Assembly (NCBI GenBank): GCA_051362555.1
Contig: CM120640.1
Location: 56,832,788 to 56,896,787, forward strand
Reading direction: 5' to 3'
DNA from: Lingula anatina
Taxonomy: Eukaryota > Animalia > Brachiopoda
Length of the DNA stretch: 64,000 nt
The translations under genes and the position numbers were made by a program. Below are positions 38,701 through 51,400 of the stretch, piece by piece (within the stretch, counting starts at the first letter, position 1; every line of letters begins with the position of its first letter). The notes under the pieces are model-generated. The model did not search any database and was not told the origin of the DNA. It worked only from the letters and a program-made list of their open reading frames with translations.

Positions 38701-41444
38701 CAATCAGATTTTACCACAGCATTCGCACCGTATGAAGTAGCAGAGCCTCGAGGATTGAAAAGCTACGTACGCAATAAACCATTTCGGTAAAAATACTAAA
38801 TTACTTGAGTGCAGTTTTGTAGTTTTGAAGGGTAAATATAATTCATTAAATGGTTTCTGGTATTTCTCGATGTCAATAGCTTATAGTTACATTCAAGATT
38901 TTACAAGAAACATTACTTTTCCCGTTGGGGCCGTTAGCATGCTGCTGAAATATTTTCTTATTGGAAATTAAATCAAAGCTACATTTAGTGTGTGAATTGA
39001 ATTAGTTCAACTTATCTTACAATTTTTTAGCGATGTGGAGGTTTTTGCCTGGTGTGGCAAAGCCGCCAGAGCCTGTAAAACGAAAAACACTGAAAGCGAA
39101 CAACCTAGCACTAAATGTAAAAAAAAAAAAAAGAGAGCGCGGGTACCTTCCTTTAAAACAGCTACGGATTTTTGAGGAAAATAAAAAGGCGAGGATTTTT
39201 TGCTCCGTTTTATGGTTATATTTCAACTTTTGGGACTTTGAAGTTACTTCCTATTTCGTGTTTAACTTAATACAATGGGTGTTAACCCATTGTTCTAATT
39301 CCAAACCTTGTTTGGGTAAACACAGAGATTAATAACTCCTTTATATTTTTTAACCTAATAGTTAAAATACTTGATTCCTGTTGTGTAATGTGGCGTCATT
39401 TCCTTTAACCATAAAAGGTGGGGAGAAAAAGCTGTTTAGTTTTTAAAATGTGAATAAATGTTGATGAATTTTTGGGAGTCATTTGGTTGATTTCAATTCT
39501 TTTAAATAAGTTCAAAATAAAAACATGAAAATTAAACTTCATTTGCTTTATTTTATTGGCACATTTTAATAATAATTTTAAAAAACTAAGTTGCTCAGTA
39601 TGTTAAAACCGTCCACACATTTTCCATTCTTTCATAATTAGACCAGTGCCCCAAGGCCTAGGACCACTACCTCCAGAGTCAACTGGTCCAAGTGGACCAG
39701 TGCTGAAAAATTCCCATTTCCCTCCCTGAGAGCATCAAGTTGGTAAAAACGCAAAAAGCATGAGCACGTGTTGAGGCTATTTTGCCATGTAAGGGTATCA
39801 CAAGAATGAAAATGAGACTATCAATTACGTCATGCAGGGATCCCCCCAACCTCATCCAGTCACAAAATAGTATTTGTGATTGAAACTGAGGTCAATAAAT
39901 TATGTTAATTAGCTGGGTATTCCCTGGAATTTTTATCCTGCCTCTTTTCGAAGTAAAATACATTGTCAAGAAAAGAAACAACCATGTATTCCTTAGATTT
40001 ACACATTTCGAGTCAGCTTGAAAACTCGCCAGACATAAAGACCAACAATTCATGATTTTTTGTTGGACTGAGATGAAATTTTGGCCCATTTGACCTTGAA
40101 ATATAGGTCAAAAGTCAAATTCAAGGTCAGATTTAAAATCCAAATTATCAGCCTTGAAAGTCTACAGGTATCAAACTGAAAGGGGGGAGGGGGGCAACAA
40201 ATATCAGGGTGTAGAACTTATATAATGACTATGTGATAACATCTCAAACAATTATGGTTAAGTGTTGCATTGCAGTGGCTATGCAGTGGTAAACTAGCCA
40301 ATCATATTTATTGGACTTGTAGCACTGGGTCATTTGCATAACTGGTACTATAATAAAGAGCTGCACAGGTAGTGCAGTAGTCAGTTATAGTTCACTTGTG
40401 TTAGAGTTGCTTACTTCAGGTGTCCAGGTAGACGTCAGCAGATCTTATTACTCTCAGGCCTACCCAACTACCAGACTCGGCACCGAATGATCCTGAATTC
40501 ACTGGTAAATCGGACCAAACTACCAGTTTTCAAGGTGTGTATCAGTGCGCATTTCACAGTATCAGACGCAACACCGCTCTCACTTAGTACGCGATGTGAT
40601 AGTGACGATTCTCAGCGGGGTTGAAAAGCATTGCATCACCACTCAAAATTTGTTCAGGGTATGATACTGTGTAATGCGATCTGACACACACCTTGAAAAC
40701 GGGTAGTGTGGTCTGATCTACCGGTGAATTCAGGATCATTCGGTGCCGAGTCTGGTAGTTGGGTAGGCCTGACTTTGAAAAATACAAAAATATTCAGTGT
40801 GCTACAAGAGTATACTTTCAGCAAGAACACCAATTTTTTTTTCCTCTTACCAACATATATATAAGCGGTCTCCACCATGGCATTTGAATCTCTGTGTTCA
40901 ATTTCTCTGTAATTCAGCTTTCCTTCAACATATATCTTAGTTCTAGAAGAAAACAAGGCAGCAAAGCTGTCAAATGTACAGACAAAAACCAGAAAATAAA
41001 AATGCAGAAAATAGGATACTGTCAATTCTGATGCACTGATGTATTATGCTTACTGTAACTGCATAGCCAACATCAAATTCTAATTCTGCATAACAGTGGA
41101 TCAGGATGAAAGTAAAATGTGTAACAAGCATTAGACTGAGTTCCCATACCTAGATCAATCTAACAGGATCAATCCAACTCCAAGGGGTTTCTCACTAAAT
41201 TGCTTTCAGCTTAAGCGGCTTAGGATTCTGGCATGCCAGTTTCAGTAGGCGTGACAGACAGCTGAGCCACTTACATTGATTGCAGTTTAGCGAGAATTCC
41301 CTTGGAGATAGATCGATCCACAGTTAGCGTGATAGGGTCTGGAAATGGTCCCTAAGGTTTCAGGCTGATCAGAGTTAAAGTTCATACTTTGGAAATGCCA
41401 GAATGAGATAAAGTGAAAATTTCACAAAAAAAATTGCTTAAACT

Positions 41445-41485
<41 letters not shown>

Positions 41486-42405
41486 TTCTTTGCTAGTGGT
41501 TACAAAATGTTGAATTTGACCGAAAATTTCAAACTTTCTCTGGGAAGCTGTAATTTTGCGATGTGATAGCTACACCATCACAGTTTATCATTTCATAAAA
41601 AGGGAAACAGCAGCTGCCCTTTTTAGGGCACACAGGAGAGTTGAACAGCTATACCCACCAAATCCAAGACGCGTTACCCTGGGTAATATATTTTGCACAA
41701 ACTAATGAAAGTCTAATGGAATGTTTTCAGTTTTAGTTTAAATCATAAGGGGGTGTTGTCTCAATGCTTCAAAACTGGTTTTGAAGAATTTAATCCACAT
41801 TTCATAATTAATAAAAATGGTGAATATGTGGGTCACGGTAACATTATTGACGCGGGTACAAAAACTTTTTATAATCAAGTAAATAATAATATTTTTGCTA
41901 TTATCCATACACACTTCAATCATGAAGGGCACACCACTTTCACGTGCTTTTAAAATGGAATTGACAAACACAGAGGAATAATGCACATGTTTTGTTTACT
42001 GTAACTCTGTCACATGGGACACACACTGAACAAAGTTGATCTAAAGAATGTTCCAGATTGTAGTTTTTTATCAGAATTATTATTTTTTATTATTATTTTA
42101 AAACAATAAAGTTCAGTTAAATACAAAATTTAACAAAATGAAGTTCAGTGTAACACAAAGTTCATAATTATAACATTATAAAAAATATAAAAATATAAAA
42201 AGGATGCCATCTTGAGGGTAATTTCGATATATTTTCTGCTTTTTCTCTTATTTTGCTTTTATAACAGCACCCTCCTTGCTCATGCAGCTTCTTTGATTTG
42301 TTATTGAAACATACACAACGATGTCATGAATATTTGGTTGGCTATCTAAATTTAAATAACATTCTTGTTATGGCCCCCCTGCAGTGCACCACTAACAAAG
42401 AATGA

Positions 42406-42466
<61 letters not shown>

Positions 42467-45400
42467 TAATAGAGCTGTTTTTCTAATTTGGGCTGTATGT
42501 CAATCCTAAGAATCATTCTTGTAAAAAAAAATACAGAAAATGTTACAAAGTAACAGTACAGGGCTCCTGGTGAATGGGAGTGATAAGTCACATCTTGAAA
42601 ATGCCAGTTTGAAAAATGAAAAATTAAAAAAGACAAAATTACAAAAATATTCCACTAAAGCTGCCATTTAGTCTAGCTGCATTACCATGATATGAATCAT
42701 CCAACTTGAGTTTAAACAGTGTAAACAACTCACAGAAATATATATTTTGTTTTACCACAAAAAGGGCAGTCATAGCTATTATTCTGATATCTGAACTTGT
42801 CATCAGACCATGTGACCTCCATAGATGGCTATACTTTGTAATAATTTCTTAAGAGATTATAACAAAAAAAAATTTTTAGAAAAAAAATTAATTATTTTCC
42901 AAAAAGAACAGTTATTATCCCTTTAACTGCAAAGTCAAGTTGCAAATATTGCACAACAGGAAGTATCAATAAAAGTGAACTGTTACATGCCCTTGGAAGT
43001 CCCACACTGAAAATACCATATGTGAAAGATAAAAATTTCACAAAAATGTACAACAGAATAACATGGTCAATAAGATTACAGTTTCAGGACCATACGTGAG
43101 AGTTCAAATTCACATAATGAAAATCCAATTTATGTGAAAAATGATGACAGTGCATAAAATAATATTACACAATGTTTAAAGACATAAAAACCAACACAAC
43201 TGCTAATGTGGAAAAACAGAAAATGCACAGCGCTTCTGGTGGATGGGAGTTGAAAGTGACATCTTGAAGATGCTAGTGTTTGAAAAATAATTTAAAGAAA
43301 ATGTAAAATGAAACATAACATAAAATTCCAATAAAGCTGCTGTTCAAACTTTTAATCTAGCTGTATAATTACTAACATGATATGAATAACCCTATTGAGT
43401 TAGAGAATAGTAATGCACTGTTATTCATCTTTAGCATTAATGTAAGCGTTACACAAAATTTTTCTTTTGTAAAATTATTTTCAATATTAAACTAGAGGAT
43501 CAGAGAGGCGATACCGCCTCCAAATATTGTACCACCAGCTGGAGCAAACGCATTCGTATAGACCCCCACATACAAAATAAGGGACACAGCCACCAGTTTT
43601 GTGCTTGACAAGCTGTAAAAATGCAATCAACAAGAATTTTTTAACTATTGCAAAAAATATATATGGTACAATCAAATTTAAGTTCTTCGTAAGGTAGGTC
43701 AAGGGTCAATTTCAAGGTCACAGTAAATTGCCAGTATGTGACTTCCTATTCAAGTTCAAGAGTAACTATGGACCTATCTCTATCAAGTTTGAAGTTAAAG
43801 AGAAAGAAATTAGCAGAGTTCAGTTCATGATAAAAAGTAGGTCAAAGGTCAATTTCAAGGTCACACTTAGATTGCCAGTATAGGACTTCCTATTCAACTT
43901 CAATAGTAACTATGGACCTATCTCAGCCAGTTTTGGAGATAAAAGGGAAGCAAAATTTGCAAAATTCAGTTCATGGTGAAAAGTAGGTCAAAGGTCAATT
44001 TCAAGGTCACATTTAGATTGCCAGTATAGGACTTCCTATTCAACTTCAATAGTAACTATGGACCTATCTCAGCCAGTTTTGGAGATAAAAGGGAAGCAAA
44101 ATTTGAAAAATTCAGTTCATGGTGTAAAGTAGGTCAAAGGTCAATTTTAAGGTCACATTTAGATTGCCAGTATATGACTTCCTTTTCAAGTTCAATAGTA
44201 ACTATGGACCTATCTCAGCCAGTTTTGGAGATAAAAGGGAAGCAAAATTTGCAAAATTCAGTTCATGGTGTAAAATAGGTCAAAGGTCAATTTTAAGGTC
44301 ACATTTAGATTGCCAGTATATGACTTCCTTTTCAAGTTCAATAGTAACTATGGACCTATCCCTGCCAGTTTTGGAGATAAAAGGGCAGAAAAGTTTGCAA
44401 AGTTCAGTTCATGGTGAAAAGTAGGTCAAAGGTCAATTTCAAGGTCACATTTAGATTGCCAGTATATGACTTCCTATTCAAGTTCAATAGTAACTATGGA
44501 CCTATCTCTGCCAGTTTTGGAGATAAAAGGGAAGCAAAATTTGCAAAGTTCAGTTTATGGTGAAAAGTAAGTCAAAGGTCAATTTTAAGGTCACATTTAG
44601 ATTGCCAGTATATGACTTCCTATTCAAGTTCAATAGTAACTATGGACCTATCTCAGCCAGTTTTGGAGATAAAAGGAAAGCAAAATTTGCAAAATTCAGT
44701 TTATGGTGAAAAGTAGGTCAAAGGTCAATTTTAAGGTCACATTTAGATTGCCAGTATATGACTTCCTATTCAAGTTCAATAGTAACTATGGACCTATCTC
44801 AGCCAGTTTTGGAGATAAAAGGAAAGCAAAATTTGCAAAATTCAGTTCATGGTGTAAAGTAGGTCAAAGGTCAATTTTAAGGTCACATTTAGATTGCCAG
44901 TATATGACTTCCTATTCAACTTCAATAGTAACTATGGACCTATCTCTGCCAGTTTTGGAGATAAAAGGGAAGAAAAATTTGCAAAGTTCAGTTCATGGTG
45001 AAAAGTAGGTCAAAGGTCAATTTTAAGGTCACATTTAGATTGCCAGTATATGACTTCCTATTCAAGTTCAATAGTAACTATGGACCTATCTCTGCCAGTT
45101 TTGGAGATAAAAGTGAAGCAAATTTTGCAAAGTTCAGTTTATGGTGAAAAGTAGGTCAAAGGTCAATTTTAAGGTCACATTTAGATTGCCAGTATATGAC
45201 TTCCTATTCAAGTTCAATAGTAACTATGGACCTATCTCAGCCAGTTTTGGAGATAAAAGGGAAGCAAAATTTGCAAAATTCAGTTCATGGTGAAAAGTAG
45301 GTCAAAGGTCAATTTTAATGTCACATATAGATTGCCAGTATATGACTTCCTATTCAAGTTCAATAGTAACTATGGACCTATCTCTGCCAGTTTTGGAGAT

Positions 45401-48400
45401 AAAAGGAAAGCAAAATTTGCAAAATTCAGTTCATGGTGTAAAGTAGGTCAAAGGTCAATTTTAAGGTCACATTTAGATTGCCAGTATATGACTTCCTATT
45501 CAACTTCAATAGTAACTATGGACCTATCTCTGCCAGTTTTGGAGATAAAAGGGAAGAAAAATTTGCAAAGTTCAGTTCATGGTGAAAAGTAGGTCAAAGG
45601 TCAATTTCAAGGTCATAGTAAGATTGCCAGTATATGACTTCCTATTCAACTTCAATAGTAACTATGGACCTATCTCTGCCAGTTTTGGAGATATAAGGGA
45701 CTAGATGTTATAATTTTGGAGTTACCATAATGTGCCTTAAATTTCGTACATAAAAAATTAATTAAAATAAAGAAAATGTCATTTTGGTCAAAATTCTTGA
45801 AATAGGAGGTGCTCTGAAGTTTCAGAAGTTCAAATTTGATGAAATAATGTCATTTTTGAACACAAGTTGTCTGCTTTGCCAAGCCTTATGTTTTATTTTT
45901 CCAGAGTTCAAAATTTATTATCCATTACCGTACTGCACATTTTGCTTTTACCACCAATATGTACTTTTTGATACAGCGTAACTCGAAAACCGTATGGAAT
46001 ACAAAAAAACCGAGACCACTTCCAGTGTTGGGCTTTACATGCTCTACAAAATGCAAAAAAGAATGGGTCTCTAGCATTAACGGTTCCCGAATTAGAGACA
46101 GTTTTCAGTTTCGGTATCTTATGGCCGCTACTCCCATGAAAATGCACCGATTGACCCCAAATTCATGGAGATGAAAGATGACCTGAAGGGTAACACTTTC
46201 CAATAATATTATTGGTTAAGTCTGTGTGGTGTCTGAATAACAGGGCAAAAAAAATTTTTTTCGTAAAAAATTTCATTTTTTTGAAAATTTTGGCCCATTT
46301 GACCTTGAAGTAGAGGTCAAAGGTCAAATCCAAGGGTATATTCGAAATCTACACATATGACTTTTGGAAAGCCGTCTATAGAAATTTTTCCCATAACTCC
46401 TTCCGTAGGGTAGATAATTAGCATTTAATTTTGCCATTTTTAGACAAGGGTGCATTGCAATGAGTGCCACACCCAGACCCCAATACCGACAAAGCCCAAA
46501 TTTTACGTGGAACGAGTTGAGATTATAGGTGACCTAAATCCATGAGATGGGTACGGGGGCCCTTACCGTCTAGGAGGAGAAGCGGTAACGGTAGCCGTCC
46601 GGCGGAGCCGGCGGAACGATCCGGACGGGACCGAAACCATGTGTACCGCCAGCGCTAACGCTGGTGGTACAATAACATTTACCTGCATAATAATCATCGA
46701 TTCCTAATTATGTGACACAGTTAAGAGAGCTAAACCTATGGGACTTTACAATGAAATCTCAACGTGTGTTTTATGTAATCTCATTTAATGGCCACTTGAA
46801 AATTAATTAAGCAAATTACTTAATAACCCTGAAATAACTTGAAAATTAATTAAGCAAATTACTTAATAACCCTGAATTAACATACTGCCTGCTATCCATA
46901 TACATTTATTGTACCATATAGCACTCTATAGAACTGCATTGCTTCCAAAACAGAAAACAATCACACTGGTTTTCCAACACAAGGTGCACTTCAGTCTTAT
47001 GAAACTTTTCAGTAAGTTTGAGTATCATAAGTAACATGGTTTTCCCTTAATCGCTATCCTGGCAGCAGTGTCCAAAATAGGGTTTTCTTCAACTTTCATG
47101 CAATATAACATAATACTTAACAGCATAATGACCATCAATTTTTTTATAAAAAAATAAAAGTATCATGGATATTCAGAAAATGTGATATGGAAAGTTCTCC
47201 AAGGCCATGGAAGTTCAGAGTCACACTTTCAAAATGCCAAAATGTAAACAAGAGATAACTGTACTGAAATGATTTTCTTTCCATTTTCAACACCCTTTTT
47301 ACATAAAACAAAATAATCAATTTACTGTCATTTTTAAATGATCAACTAGGAAAATTGCTGACATAGGAAAAATATCAGTAGAACAATTTTAAATGTCCAA
47401 TTTGCTCCATTCGGAGATTCTGAACATAGTGAATGATTGAATCTGACGAACTGCAATGATGAGTTCCTTTTCATTTTTGATACTTTATTACACAATGCAC
47501 GATAATAGGTTTACCATCATTTTTATATATCAACTTACAATATTGTTAAGAAGCAGAAAATGTCAAAACAACACTTTTACATATCTCATTAGTTCCATAA
47601 TGAGACTGTTAACATGTCTAAGAATTAAATCTGAAGAAAAACCACTTATATACAAAAAGGCTAATAACTTCATCAAAACTTAACTGATCATTATTCAAAC
47701 TTGATCTGTATACTGGTCAGATTGATCACTCCTGTGAGTTGCAAGACAAAAGGCTGATTGGTTTTCCTTAAAATGCGTTATCAGTGTTGCATGTTTGCTG
47801 AATAAAGGAAAAAAACAGCATAACTTTTGTAAAAATAGTCCAATCAAGCCAATATTCAAACTTGACCTGCGTATTGTCAGTTCTGTAAGTTTCAATTTAA
47901 AAGGACAAACATTTTTACACTTATCATGTTATCGGTGTTATAAAAATGCTGAAAAAATTGAAAAAAAAAAAAAACAAGGCAGCAAAGCTGTCAAATGTAC
48001 AGACAAAAAGCAGACAATAACAATGCACAAAACAGGCTACTGTCAATTCTGATGCAAAAGTACATTATGCTTAACTGCAAATTCAACATCAAATTTTAAT
48101 TATGCTCAACAGGTAATACCAATGTAAGTGAAATGTGTAACAAGCGTAAGGATTCAGGCCCATGGGAGTTTAAGTTCACACTTTGAAAATGCCAGAATGA
48201 GAAAAATGAAAATTTCACATAAAACTGCTTAAATTCAATAATAAATGATAACCCATTTGAGCTGGCTTTCTAATTTGAACTGCATGCCAATCCTACAAAT
48301 CGTACTTGTAAGTTGAAAATAATAATAAGTAACATAGTTTTCTTTTCATAATGTTTGTAGTAGCAGTGCAAAAAGATTTTTGTCAATTTTGATGTAACAT

Positions 48401-51400
48401 TACATAATAAATTACAGAATAATTATCACCAATTTTTGATTATTGACTACAAATAGCATGGACATGTAGAAAATTTGATTACCATTTGGCTTCATGTCCA
48501 TGGGAGCTTCGAGTCCCACAATGAATATGCCAACATGATAAAAATGAATATTTCACTAAAATGTATAACTTCCAGAAAAAGAAGCCAATTAGACTGCTTT
48601 TCCAACTCAGGCTGCATTTTAGTCCTTTGTTTCTTTTTTGAAAGTTTGACACTCATAAGTAACATGGTTTTCCCATAATGGTCATCATGGCAGCAGCACC
48701 CAAAATTGTGTTTTCTTCTATTTTAATGCAATATTACATAATGCTTAACAGCATAATGACCATCAGTTTTTAATAATAAAAGATCCGTATCGTGGATTTT
48801 CAGAAAATGTGACTAGCATGGGTCTTCAAGCCCGTGGAGGTTCTAAGTCACACCTTGAAAATGCCAATATGTGAAAAATTAAATTTTCACAAAAAGCTGA
48901 TTAACTGCCAAAAAAAATTACCAAATAGTCTGCATTGCCCACTGAAGCTTTATTTAAGTCCCATGTTTCTTCTTGTAAGTTTGAGAACAGTAAGTGACAT
49001 GGTTTTCCTTAAATGGTCATCATGGGAGCAGTGTCCAAAATAGGGGTGTCTTCAAATTTTGATGCACTATTACATAATGTTTAACAGGATAATTACCATC
49101 AATTTTTAATAATAAAATATTAGTATCATGGATATTCAGAAAATGTTCCTAGCAAAGGTCTTCAGGCCAAAGGAACTTCAAAGTCACACCTTGAAAATGC
49201 CAAAATGTAGACAAGACAGCACTGTCCTGAAATGTTTTTTTTTCCATTTTTAACAATTTTTTAACACATAACAAAATTAACAATTTACTGCCATTTATAT
49301 ATGATCAACTAAGAAAATTGATGAGATGGGAAAAATATCAATAGAACAGTGTTTAATGTCCAATTTCCTCCATTCTGAGTTTCTGAACATAGTGAATGAA
49401 TGAATCTGACAAACTGCAATGATATGAGTTTATTTCCATTTTTGAAACTCTATTATACAATACATGATAACAAGTTTACCATCATTTTTACATAATCAAC
49501 TAACAATGTTGTAAAGATGCAGGAAATGTCAAACAAACACTTTTACGAATCTTATTAGTTAAATAATGAGACTGTTAACATGCCTAAGTATTGAATCTGA
49601 GGAAATGTTTAAAAACAGCATAACTTATAAAATAATGCCCCGATTATGCTGATTTTCGAACTTGACCTGCATTTTAGTAAGATTGATTACTCCTGTGAGT
49701 TTCATGACAACAGGTCTATCGGTTTTCCTTGAAATGTGTTAACAGTGTTGCACATATGCTGAAAAGTGAAAAAAACAGCATAACTACTAAAATAGTGGCC
49801 CGATCATGCTGATTTTCGAACTTGATCTGCGTTTTAGTAAGATTAATTACTCCTGTGAGTTTCATGACAACAGGCCTATCGGTTTTCCTTGAAATGTGTT
49901 AACAGTGTTGCATATATGCTAAAAAGTGAAAACACAGCATAAATACTACAATAATTGCCCAAACATGCTGATTTTCGAACTTGACCTGCGTTTTATGAAT
50001 ATTCATCAGCTCTGTAAATATAAAGCCAAAAAGTAAAACTGTCTTCCACTTATCGTGTTAACGATGAAAGTGCACGGCGACGGCGACGGCGACGGCGACA
50101 TCGACGGCGACAGGGACGGCGACGACAGACGCAGGTGATGGCAATATGTACAGACACATCTGTGTCTGTACATAAAAACGGATAACTTCCATAAAAATTG
50201 CCCAATCATGCTGATTTTCAAACTTGACCTGCCTATTATGAATATTCATCCGTTTTGTAAGTTTCAGGCCAAAAGGTAAAATGGTCTTCCACCTATCGAG
50301 TTATCGGTGCTGCATATATGCTGAAAAAAGTGAAAAAACAGCATAACTTCTCTACCAGTGACCCGATCATGCTGATTTTCGAACCTGACCTGCGGATTAT
50401 GAATATTCATCAGTTCTGTAAGTTTCCAGCCAAAAGGTAAAATGGTATTTCACTTATCGTGTTATCGGTGTTACAAAAATGCTGAAAAAATTGAAAAAAC
50501 AGCGTAACTTCCCTAAAAATGACCCGATCATGCTGATTTTTGAACTTGACCTGCGGATTATGAATATCCATCAGTTTTGTGAGTTTCAAGCCAAAATGTA
50601 AAATGGTTTTCCACTTATCGTGTTATTGGTGCTGCATATATGCTGAAAAAAGTGAAAAAACAGCATAACTTCTCTACCAGTGACCCGATCATGCTGATTT
50701 TCGAACTTGACCTGCGTATTATGAATATTCGTCAATTCTGTAAGTTGAAAAAAGCTGAAATAAAAAACAGTTTTCCACTTATCGTGTTATCGGTAAAAGT
50801 GCACGGCGACGACAACAGACGCAGGTGATGATATATGTACAGACACATCTGTGTCTGTACATAGAAAAATATAATGCATTTTAATTAATGCAATTATCTA
50901 AACTTTAAAATATTTGAAAATATCATTACAAATATTTCTGCTTTAGCAAGGAAAAGGTTTTATGTCAATTTTGATGCAATGTCAAATTGTGCTGAACAAC
51001 ATGATCACCACCAAATTTTAATAATGTACTAGTGCTAGAAAATATCACTAAAACTGGGCTGCAGAACCATGGGTGTTGAAAGAACGTTAATGAAAAGTTG
51101 TATTTTAGCAGTTTAACGTCTGGTACATCACAGCAAAGCCAACAAAAATACAGATACCAAACAGCAAACAAGGCAGCAAAGCCAAAAATAAAGATGACAA
51201 TAAAGATGACAATAAAGAATAAAGATACCACGCTGGAGTAAGCTCATTCGTATGGAACTCCCCCCCCCCAAAAAAAAAAAGGGACACCACCACCAGCCTT
51301 GTGCTTGACAAGCTCTATAAAATGCAATCAACAAGTTCTCAAAATATGCAAAAAAAATATAACTAAAAATGGTACAATCAAGCAAATTTTCTAACTGACA

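Larger units (their letters stand above)
40952..47972 (-). mobile_element. HINE family 2 copy hosting nested insertions
   Basis: Family-2 3' end at 40952. Family-2 sequence resumes after each insert, e.g. 47030-47700 is similar to 48990-49620. Confidence 0.6.

Noticed and set aside
43696-45700. CRISPR-like regular repeat, and repeated 101-aa ORFs (44703, 45287)
   Set aside because: Units are contiguous with no unique spacers, no cas genes and a eukaryotic context. The ORFs are by-products of the satellite.
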